Assembly: GCA_002269645.1 (NCBI GenBank)
Contig: NIVC01002879.1
Location: forward strand, 47,386 to 111,385
Direction of reading: 5' to 3'
DNA length: 64,000 nucleotides
From: Macrostomum lignano
Taxonomy: Eukaryota
Below, in pieces: positions 54,270 to 64,000 of the stretch. Positions within the stretch are counted from its first letter, which is position 1. Every line of letters begins with the position of its first letter. A program made the position numbers and the translations under genes. The notes below the pieces were generated by a model. The model had not been told where the DNA came from. It was given only the letters and a program-made list of their open reading frames with translations, and did no database searches.

Positions 54270-54865
54270 TTTAAGAGTAGAATGGAGAAAGATGATAGGA
54301 GAGATAATAGTATAGAGTAGAGAGAGGAAAGAAAAAAGAAGAAGAGAGAGGAAGGATAAGAGATGAGAAAAAAGAAAAAGAGGAAATGGACAAGAAGATT
54401 GAGGAGAGGAAATAAGTTTCAAAGGCCTCAAATCTTAATTTAACATGCATTTACTCCAATTTTTTGTTTGCCTTTTTGCTAACTATTAACAATTTTTTGT
54501 TTGAGCACAATTTCAAATTTAAGAATCTATGCAAAAATAGTTCCTGGAATTGGAATTCAGTGGTTTCAAAATCCTTGGGTTATTGTCAGACCTGGGATTT
54601 GTCCTTTTTGTATTGTGGCTATAAAAAATGTACTATTATAGGAAAATTTCTGATCAAATGGTATAAGTTTCATGAAAATTGGTTGAGCCATTTTTATTAA
54701 GTCAATCACATATAGATAGATACTGGCAAGCCATAGAGGGTAAAATAAAGATGATTGTTTTTTTTTAACTTTATGACTGATGCCAGCTGGCAATTGTTTT
54801 TCAATTTCACATCCTGATTTTAGACTCATGTTTATACTTTTAGCATTTGGGTTGTAGTCTAAAAT

Positions 54866-55170
54866 GGGTTGTAGCCTAGCTTCAAAAGTTTAGGGATTCA
54901 ACTCTTGACCTACTTATAGTAGTTTGTGTCTTTGAGCAAGACACTTAACTCTGCATTGCTTCAGTTCACCCAGCTATAAAATGGGTGCCAGCATTAGCTG
55001 GGATACTCGTAATTAAGGGTTTGTGGTGGCGACCCCCAGGCCTTGGACTGAACAGCCATATGCAGCCTTCAAATTCTGATGTGCAATAGCTCCTGCTGAG
55101 CTGTCTGTTGCACATTTGCAATTGGGGCAGGTGTAATTAAGTATTTTTTATTTTTTATTATTCTATTAGA
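54866..55170 (+). mobile_element. CORE-type SINE, copy 3 (more diverged)
   Basis: GTGTCTTTGAGCAAGACACTTAACTCTGCATTGCTTCAGTTCACCCAGCTATAAAATGGGT; 3' end matches copy 2; T-rich tail. Confidence 0.8.
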
Positions 55171-55327
55171 TTCTGCTCATGACAGAAGGATGTGTACTGT
55201 TTTGTTATCCAATACACCCCCCATTTCAGCAATAAGGGCTTCCCGGCTGTATTGATCACAACTGAAACTAAATTTAAAATCTTCCTCTAAACAGTCAAAT
55301 CAACTTTAATCAAATTTTATCACAAAA

Positions 55328-55684
55328 ATGGCTGAAGGCGGCGGTTTTGATCCATGCGAGTGCCTCTATGGTCACGAGAGCGCCATGCAGCGCCTATTGA
55401 ATCTGCTGCGTCACGCCCAGGCCCAGTGCACAGATACCGATTGCATCACTAATCCTGGCCAGCAACTGTTGCCTGGCGATCCGGCTAGTAATTCACCGTT
55501 CGGCAATCCCAGTCTGTGGCTGGCTCTGCTAGGCTGGATTGTTGTTGCTACGGCGCTTTTTGTAATGCGGCCTAGGAGTCTGCGTTTTGACGCTCAAAAG
55601 CCTGGTCGTGGCGGCGGCGGCAGTGATAGCGGAGGCAGCGGCGGTAGTGGCGGCAGCGATAGGGACCCACCTGTGGCCTCTTAG
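55328..55684 (+). CDS. SMIM14: Small integral membrane protein 14 (118 aa, single coding exon)
   Basis: MAEGGGFDPCEC..HESAMQRLLNLLR..CTDTDC, one TM helix, then RPRSLR; closely resembles SMIM14. Confidence 0.95.
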   Translation: MAEGGGFDPCECLYGHESAMQRLLNLLRHAQAQCTDTDCITNPGQQLLPGDPASNSPFGNPSLWLALLGWIVVATALFVMRPRSLRFDAQKPGRGGGGSDSGGSGGSGGSDRDPPVAS

Positions 55685-55961
55685 ATTAACAACGTTATAG
55701 GATAGCGAAGACGCGTGGACTAAATTGGTCGAAGTTTTAACGTTTTTAACACTAAAAGTTTCAATTTTTGTTTGTCTATGTGCATCGGCGGTGTATGTAT
55801 GTCGACGATTAGTCTGTCATCATTTTTTGGCATTGTTAAGCGGCTGAAGCAATTTGAATTGTACTAACTGGTCTTCCAGTAAAGTCTACTTTTAAATGGT
55901 TTTTGCTGGTCTGTCTGTTATTTGGTTAGCCGCCTCTGTTCCTTTTCTGGATCTGGTTCCC

Positions 55962-56230
55962 GTGCCCCCTACCCCAGATCTCGATTCCTATTGGCCAGCC
56001 AGTCACCCCTCTCCCCTACCCCAGATCTCGATTCCTATTGGCCAGCCAGTCACCCCTCTCCCCTAACCCAGATCTAGATTCCTATTGGCCAGCCAACCAC
56101 GCTGCTCCCCTAGCCCAGATATCGATTCCTATTGGCCAGCCAACCACGCTGCTCCCCTAGCCCAGATCTCGATTCTTATTGGTCAGTTATAGTTACTCCC
56201 TGCCCCAATCTTGATTCTTATTGACCAGCC
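55962..56230. repeat. 47-bp minisatellite (~5 copies)
   Basis: Unit CCCAGATCTCGATTCCTATTGGCCAGCCAGTCACCCCTCTCCCCTAC. Confidence 0.9.
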
Positions 56231-57287
56231 ATATTTAAAAAGCAATATATTTTTAAACTATTCAAATCTGAAAACAAAAATGTTACGAATGTGTCGCTAT
56301 ATTTGCCAACTAATGTTAATAGTTCTTTTGCCTCTAAAAATAATTATAAAACTATAAGTGTTGTCATTTTCTCCTTATTTTTTAGTTTGGCTCTTGCCTC
56401 GTAGTTGCTTTGCGCTTCTTTGGCTGTTTTTGCATTGCTTATTTTTGTTTATAGATAATAACTTATTGAATAGGAAATGGTTTATAGTTTCTGTCAACAA
56501 GAGTTATTGGAATATAATTTAGCTTAGCCATTTTGCAGTGGGTGGATGATATTATTTGCTTTAAAAAAACTGCAGACTGTACTCTAGTGTCTATAATACA
56601 ATGCAACAAATAATTCTATATGCCCCGGGTTATAGCACATTTAGATATTCTCTCTGTATCTGCCTTATTAAAAATCTGTGCGAGAATATTTAATCAAAAC
56701 TGTACAGTTCAATTGCTGTGTGAAATAATTTCAATGTTGTAATTGCTTAATTTTTTGTTGCTTTTTCGCAGTAACAACAACCTTTTTTGTGTTATCATTT
56801 CAATAACTATAACTGCGCTAACAGATGGTTTCTGCTGAGCCTTAATTATTTTTCTACTTATTTGTGATCTCGTCTCTACAGAGCTGACCTCCCTTTTTAG
56901 ATGGCGCGCAACAACATCCATCGAACTCCCCACGACTGTGCCAACCAACCAATCTCTAAGAAGTTTTTTATTCTGAAAAAAATTAATACACTTTTTTCTT
57001 TTGACAAACGAATACCCTTTTAAATAAGCTGATTGTCATTAGCGCTGTGTCATCTGTCTGTCAGTAATTCAAAACGATTTGTCGTTTTTTTCGCTTTTTA
57101 GCTGTCTGTTTGTCTGTCTCCCAGCCTGCCTTTCTTGTTTCAAATTCGTTCGCTAGTTTTCAGTTTGACTTTATTCTGGTCCGAATATTGCCTTGTTTTT
57201 TGTGAATGCCTTGGTGTCTGGGTCCAATTAAATTTGACGGACAATATTGGACTTATCATTGTCAGATTCACAGTCGCTAGGTCACCA

Positions 57288-57730
57288 CCCTCCCAGATCC
57301 TCAGTTGCTAGGCCAGCCTCCCAGATCCTCAGTTGCTGATCCAGCCTCCCATATCCTCAGTTGCTAGGCCAGCCTCCCAGATCCTCAGTTCCTGATCCAG
57401 CCTCCCAGATCCTCAGTTGCTAGGCCAGCCTCCCAGATCCTCAGTTCCTGATCCAGCCTCCCAGTTTCTCAGTTGCTAGGCCAGCCTCCCAGATCCTCAG
57501 TTGCTGGGCCAGCCTCCCAGATCCTCAGTTGCTGGGCCAGCCTCCCAGATCCTCAGTTGCTCGTCCAGCCTCCCAGATCCTCAGTTGCTCGTCCAGCCTC
57601 CCAGATCCTCAGTTGCTCGTCCAGCCTCCCAGATCCTCAGTTGCTCGTCCAGCCTGCCAGATCCTCAGTTGCTGGGCCAGCCTCCCAGATTCTTAGTAGC
57701 CGAGCAAGCCTCTCAAATCCTCAGTTTTTC
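57288..57730. repeat. 28-bp minisatellite, same family as 6878-7445
   Basis: Unit CCTCCCAGATCCTCAGTTGCTNNNCCAG. Confidence 0.93.
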
Positions 57731-58242
57731 ATAACGGCAAGCTTCAGATTTTGTCTCGCCCGTCAGATTTTGTCTCGGTGTCCAAATAAAAATAATTTAA
57801 ATTTGTTTTGCTGCTGTAACCCACGTACTGGCCTGAACCGTTTTCCTCCTCTTCTTGTATTACCGCTTCCCTTGGGCGTTGTGGAATGCTCCGTGTGTAT
57901 TTTTCTGCCCACTTTGTTTTTTAAATAAACCACTCCGTCTGGTTTTTTGTTGCCGTGATGCTTTGGTTTTGGGGGATTTAGCCAATATATATTATTTTTT
58001 CTCCGTTTCAAAGCGCGGAAGACAGTCTGAGTCTAATAAATCCCTTATAATTGTCGATTTTTTGGTTGAATCGCATTCTAAAACTGCAAAATCGAGAACT
58101 CTGTGTTTGTCATTTGTTACTCATAATTGAACCTGTCTTGTTATATAGGAAGAAAAGTATGCGGGCTTTCTAGGAAAGTACGAACATCCCACATCTGTGG
58201 CTTGTGGCCTTGTGCCTCAGCACTGCATCACATTTCAAACAT

Positions 58243-58900
58243 TTTCTCCTCCTTCCAGGAGATGCCCAGCATCCTTCTGTTAGTCTTCTTCTCCTTCCAG
58301 GAAATGCCCAGCATCCTTCTGTTAGTCTTCTTCTCCTTCCAGGAAATGCCCAGTATCTTCTGTTAGTCTTCTCCTTCCAGGAAATGCCCAGTATCTTCTG
58401 TTTGTCTTCTCCTTCCAGGAAATGCCCAGCATCCTTCTGTTAGTCTTCTTCTCCTTCCAGGAAATGCCCAGCATCCTTCTGTTAGTCTTCTTCTCCTTCC
58501 AGGAAATGCCCAGCATCCTTCTGTTAGTCTTCTTCTCCTTCCAGGAAATGCCCAGCATCCTTCTGTTAGTCTTCTTCTCCTTCCAGGAAATGCCCAGCAT
58601 CCTTCTGTTAGTCTTCTTCTCCTTCCAGGAAATGCCTAGAATCCTTCTGTTAGTCTTCTTCTCCTTCCAGGAAATTCCCAGAATCCTTCTGTTAGTCTTC
58701 TTCTCCTTCCAGGAAATTCCCAGAATCCTTCTGTTAGTCTTCTTCTCCTTCCAGGAAGTGCCCTGAATCCTTCTGTTAGTCTTCTTCTCCTTCCAGGAAA
58801 TTCCCAGAATCCTTCTGTTAGTCTTCTTCTCCTTCCAGGAAGTGCCCTGAATCCTTCTGTTAGTCTTCTTCTCCTTCCAGGAAATGCCCAGCATTCTTCT
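58243..58900. repeat. 42-bp minisatellite (~15 copies)
   Basis: Unit TTCTTCTCCTTCCAGGAAATGCCCAGCATCCTTCTGTTAGTC. Confidence 0.95.
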
Positions 58901-58958
58901 GTTATTATTTATGTCAAAAGCTCTCAGTCGCTCTTTATCTTTCTTCTCCATTGTCTAG

Positions 58959-59418
58959 GCCTCTAGGCATTGGTATTCTATTAATAATTAATAAAGCTCT
59001 CGCCAACCCGCAGACGGACAACTCCAGTGAGCTGACTATTTCCCCGGCAACAGTCGATCCGACATCTGATTCGCCTGAAGCAGTCGATGTTGGCGACGAC
59101 TACCAGCATATCTGGCTTACCATATTCCTGTGGACTATGGGATTATCGCTTGTGCTACACCTTGGCGCTTTAGTTGTATCGGCTGTTTACCTGCGTCTGC
59201 ATCGGATTGGCAAAGTTTTCCCTCTGCTATTTATTGTGGGATTTCTTTACAGTTTGCCTAGTCACGCTATCAGCGGCCTGTGCTTAGCATTCGTGTATTA
59301 TTCCGCGAGTCTGTTGGGGCACAGTTTTTTTAGTTTCTATCACGCCATTGCCTGGTCTGTTGTGCTTAATCTGTTGTCAACTGTACTGCCCTTCTCTGGG
59401 CTCACTTCGTTGCTTTGA
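58959..59418 (+). CDS. TMEM170: TMEM170-like membrane protein, main coding exon (start codon presumably in an upstream exon)
   Basis: IWLTIFLWTMGLSLVLHLGAL..LRLHRIGK..AISGLCLAFVY aligns by eye with TMEM170 (WYGVFLW..FHVPAG..LRHHKYG..AAIAGVY). There is no in-frame ATG upstream; acceptor TTGTCTAG ends at 58958. Confidence 0.75.
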
Positions 59419-61142
59419 AGCTTAATTGGCTAATAATAACTATTAAACTACTAGTGTGCCAATTTAAGCATCATTCATTAAGAATAGCTCAGCGCCTAGC
59501 ATCCTACATCTAGAGATGTCCGACATCCTTCATTTAGTGTACTCCATAGATCTTATATGAGCGTATTCTCTTTGATTCTCTTTGTGTATATATATGATCT
59601 TTGGGAGTACTCCAATTTTGCGGGCAAACAATCAATATTCGTGGCTTGTTAACGCCACCGACCTGTGTCCTAGACAAATTTATCGTTATAAAAAAGCTAT
59701 GAAAAGTCTAAAATATGCAATCAGCTAGATGCTTTGTAACTCATTTCGGTTCTCTGTGTTAAAAATTGTGCTAAATAGGTTTTATCGGTTTTCTCCTTAG
59801 TATGACAGTTATACTGGTGCTAAATGAGTACGTTTTTGGAGGATATTTGATATGAATTCCATTGTCATCTTTATTCTCTTTCGCGTTCAATATTTTTTAT
59901 TTGTTTGTGTCAAAACTATAGTAATATATGCAAATTAATTGTCTAAAACTACTACTGCTATGAGTAATTTAAATTTAATGTTGGATTTTTTGTCAAAAAT
60001 ATGCGAAATTAGAGCTCCTGAGTTTTTATCTTTTTTACAATGTGATATCGTTATGCACTAAAGCTCGTATTTGGTATGCAGTGTGCATGTATAGTACATG
60101 TAAGTTAGAGCATGCTCTGAACAATAAATTTTCTCTGGAGATATAGATGAAGTGCGCTTGAGAGCAAATGCATATTGCCAAATGTTTTGTCGGGCTGTTC
60201 GGAGAGGACTCTACATTACCCTCCTATTCCCCACCCTTCCGCTACTGGTTCTGCATACATGTTCATGTATTTTAGCCGACTTTCTGGGAAAGAAACTTAG
60301 GCAGACCAATCAGTAGATTCTATTTGTCGGTAGATTATACTGTGTTAAGTGTTAAGTAATGTATTAAGTACATTTGCATTCGATTTGAATTTCCCGTTAC
60401 CATACCTAGGAAAATTTGACGATACGTGTACTAAATTGGCAAGTCGAAGTCGCGTACATGCAAAAATTTAACGACAAACTGAATTCGAACAATTTTTGTT
60501 GTAAACATGTTTTAATCTGACTAAGCACGTAAAACATCTTTTATTAAATTTATATTCATGGACATTAAAGGTATGCATTCATAATAGAGCTTCTTGACGG
60601 GCAAATTTTCGCCGATAAATTCCACCGGCGCCTTTTTTAAGTTTTTTCTTAAGATAGTGTAGTAAGTTGAAGTCTTTGTTTTTGTAAAAGATTTTTACTT
60701 GCAAATATTAGGTATATAACATATTTAGAAAACGAGATAATACTTTTTTAAATTATTTTGTTATAAAGATATGTATATATATTTAAATAAGGATAAAATT
60801 TAAATGTTTGTCGAAGTTGATTTTCATTTTTCTATTGCACTATGACCGGATTTTCGGTTCTCGGTTCAGTTCCGAAATTTAAATTAATTCACTCCGGATT
60901 GCCTCTAAATAGTTAGTGTATAAACAAAGTAAAAACATTTCTGCTCCAATTTCACTTAAACATCAAATAAAAAAGCATTGCCATTGCAATAAATATTTAA
61001 ATTATATTTTTTTATGATAGTTTTACATTTTATTGTACTTTTTTCGTCAGTCATTTTAGCGCGCATATGAAACTTATCCACACGAAATTCAAAAGCACAT
61101 TGCTTTCGAAGTGCTTTGAATGAGAATACACTAAGGCAAAGG

Positions 61143-61330
61143 CAGTGGCGCAACCAGGTGGGGGCGGGGGGCGGTCGCCCCCCTCTTATAGGCGCGGAGA
61201 CCCAAAAAATCAAAGAATCAAAGGGGGACCAAGCGAATTTTCGCCAAAACAGAGCCACCCCGTCCGCCCCACCTCCCGGGACTTTACCCTCCAGAATCCG
61301 CCCCTCATAAAATTTCTGGTTGCACTACTG
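61143..61330. mobile_element. hAT-like MITE (188 bp)
   Basis: TIR CAGTGGCGCAACCAG vs CAGTAGTGCAACCAG; GC-rich interior; no TSD found. Confidence 0.65.
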
Positions 61331-61799
61331 AACGAAAGTTTCCTTACACACCCTCTCTTCAATATAAATTTATAATTATATTATATTTTAATATAAAATT
61401 ATAATATTAATTACATATTATAATTATAATTATAATTATAATTTTACTTACATGTATATATAATTATATAATTAAAAAAGATATTTAATTTATCTGCACT
61501 TTCTTTGAAAATTTAACCTCATAAAAATAAAATATAAGCATTAAAAGTCATGCTTAAATGTCTTTTGCTGAGCAAAACTGTCACTCTATAATGATGGTAT
61601 TAAATATTTACGCGTAGATGAACTTTGTTTTAGTTTTTAGTTACTCTTAAGACTATAAAAAAATTACCTGGGACTACATGAAGTATAACTTGTTTCAACT
61701 AATTGTTTTACTTAAATGAATAAAAAATATATACACAGTAAAAGTTAATAGCTCATAACAGCAACAACTTAACAACAAATTATGCAGCTAGCAATCAAA

Positions 61800-62765
61800 G
61801 TCACAGAGCAGGGTGCTTCAGATGGCGCGCCGCAGAGCCTGAGAGCGGAGGAAGTCCGCCCCGTTGGCAGTGTCGGGCGCCCTGGCGTCGCGTACGTAGG
61901 AGGCAGTCCACGTATCGACGGGTTTGGGCCTGACCCCGCCTGAGCGGGCCCTGCAGAGTGAGCAACAGGGCTAGGACGTCCTGAACAGGTTGGGGGCAGT
62001 AGCCCTCGGCCCGGATCACGTACGTGGCCCGCCAGTTGAAGTCGCCGCCGGCGCAGGATGGTGGACGGGCGCTGCAGCTTGGCCCGATCGTACAGGGCCT
62101 CAGTCCCGACGCTCTCATCAGCTCGAAAGGTCGCACGGAGCAGCCCTGAATGCGCCGAGTCCAGCTGCCGCTCTAAGCGTAGCCGTCAGTGTCCACGTCT
62201 CGGCGTTGTAGAGCACACCGCCTGCCACAGCCGACGAGCCCTCTGGCGGTCGGGCAGCGCTTCGGACTGGACGTCGGCTCGGATCGAACGGAAGGCCGCC
62301 CAGGCAAGTCCTCGGCGCCGCCGGATCGAGGTCCGTCCACGTGAGGCACCAGACCGCCGAGTAGGTGATCCCGCTGGTAGCGTGCGCGCGAGCGTGGTCA
62401 TCTGCCCGTCTGCGAGGCGACATGTCAGGTCCGCTAGCGCTGGGATGTCGGCCGGCACAGTCAGCACCTAGGTCTTTAGCGTGTTGACAACCAGTCCGAC
62501 GCTCAATGCCACCTTGACCAACCTGTCGATCTGGCGGGATGCCACCTTGAACGGACGAGGACAGGAGGGCGAGTTCGTTGGCGTAGCCAAGCAAATAATA
62601 ATAAGGCGCTTTTCGCCGTGGCGGCGACCGATGCGTCTGCGCAGCGCAGGAAGCCGTCGTTAGCCGAGGAGACTGCGGTCCGAAGCACCCAGTGGCAGCA
62701 GCACGAAGAGAAACGGCGCCAAAGTGTCGCCATGCAGAACTCCTGATGAAGTGTCGAACTGATGA
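61800..62765 (-). mobile_element. RTE-clade LINE, 5'-truncated decayed RT fragment
   Basis: GVLHGDTLAPFLFVL, LGYANELALL (degenerate YADD) and VLYNAETWTLT motifs across shifted frames. Confidence 0.8.
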
Positions 62766-63359
62766 TGATTTACATGTATGTAATCGCCCTACTAGTGAAC
62801 CGTCTTCTCATGGGGGAAGGATCAGATCGTATGACTATGGATGGCTGCCAGCCGTCTATGACTAGACTATGACCGACAGATCGCCCTTCAGGTTGTCCCG
62901 CCCATGCATATTGATAACTTTTTGGTAGTGCTATATTAGAGACGCGGTAAGGACCCAAATGTGCCCATCGATAGCTAAGGTGCAAATATTGATCATTGGG
63001 TTATTGCATGACCCACTGGCTGCCACCACTCTGTGACCTGGCGAACCTGGATCTACGGTATGACCAGACCTGGCGAGGCCGGAGCCCCCGCCTGGGATGG
63101 GTATCAAAGGGTTGGAGCTAGCGGTGAGCAGCATGCAGCCGAATAGCTGATAGGAATCTGCTTGGGCACAAATCGAGAACTCCGGGATCATACAGACGGA
63201 TTTTTATCAGGGGATCTTTTAAGGCTGTGATGACATACGGTTCAGATTGCAAAAAGTACATGTAGTGTATAGAGAACACGTAGAACAGCTATACGTGTAC
63301 ATCTAGTTTGGATTGATCAATGGGTTCGGGCCTGGCTCCTCATATGAAAGGTTTTTTCT

Positions 63360-63600
63360 CCACGGAGCACCAGACCGCTGATGTGATGAACCACTGCTGG
63401 CAGCGTGCGTCTGCGTCGTGGCATGTCAGGTCCGCTGATACGTCAGCAGACACAGTCAGCATCTCGGTCTTCAATATGCTGTCAACGCTTGAACCCACCT
63501 CTTTCTGTGCTTTCAACAGACGAGAAAAAGAGGCTGAGGTCGCCAGCGTTGCCAAACAAGCTCAGGTGTTTTTTGCCGCTGTGGCGAACGATGCGTCTCC
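63360..63600 (-). mobile_element. Second, diverged RTE RT fragment
   Basis: KTEMLTVSADVSADLTC..ITSAVWCS parallels LTVPADIPALADLTC..ITYSAVWCL in the 62.2-62.5 kb copy. Confidence 0.6.
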
Positions 63601-63629
63601 ACAACAGATAAAAAAGCAGGAAGAAATCT

Positions 63630-64000
63630 CTCCATTTCAGCATTCGAGGTGTGCCACGAAGCTCACAGATGTTCAATTGAAAAGATATTTTTTGTGTAAG
63701 GTCTACTCAGATGTTATATTGCAAAAATGCTTTTAGTTTAATTTTAAAAAGATTTTCCTTGCTGTAGTATGCATTTGATTTTTTTGTACAGTCACCATCT
63801 ACGTCGTAAATTCTAAAGAAAATTCACTCCATTTCAGCATTCGAGGTGTGCCACGAAGCTCACAGATGTTCAATTGAAAAGATATTTTTGGTGTAAAGTC
63901 TACTCAGATGTTATATTGCAAAAATACTTTTAGTTTAATTTTAAAAAGATTTTCCTTGCCGTAGTATGCATTTGATTTTTTTGTACAGTCACCATCTACG
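63630..64000. repeat. 197-bp tandem duplication or satellite, running off the window end
   Basis: 63630-63803 is repeated near-identically at 63827-64000. Confidence 0.9.

Overview
Eukaryotic (animal, invertebrate-like) genomic DNA; there are no prokaryotic features. A flatworm such as Macrostomum is plausible from repeat style, but that is inference only. Spliced genes reconstructed by hand: ASPSCR1/TUG (+, 9 exons, 5' end outside the window), a 2-exon rhodopsin-like GPCR (-), a 2-exon THAP-domain gene fused in frame to a P-element/THAP9-like C-terminal domain (-), a 2-exon tetraspan/claudin-like gene (-), a 3-exon DEG/ENaC channel (-), Ena/VASP (-), intronless SMIM14 (+) and a TMEM170-like exon (+). 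One tRNA-Arg(CCT) lies in an Ena intron. Mobile DNA includes an intact-looking LINE 5' half (ORF1 plus APE endonuclease), a decayed Mag-type Gypsy gag-pol without recognisable LTRs, RTE fragments, three CORE-type SINEs, Mariner and Tc1 deletion derivatives, and several MITEs. About 25 different minisatellites or microsatellites are present, many inside introns. The most striking observation is three small TIR elements (46.6, 47.8, 52.7 kb) sharing a cassette that copies the 28S rDNA helix-69 / R2 and I-PpoI target site, with the cleavage core specifically substituted or truncated.
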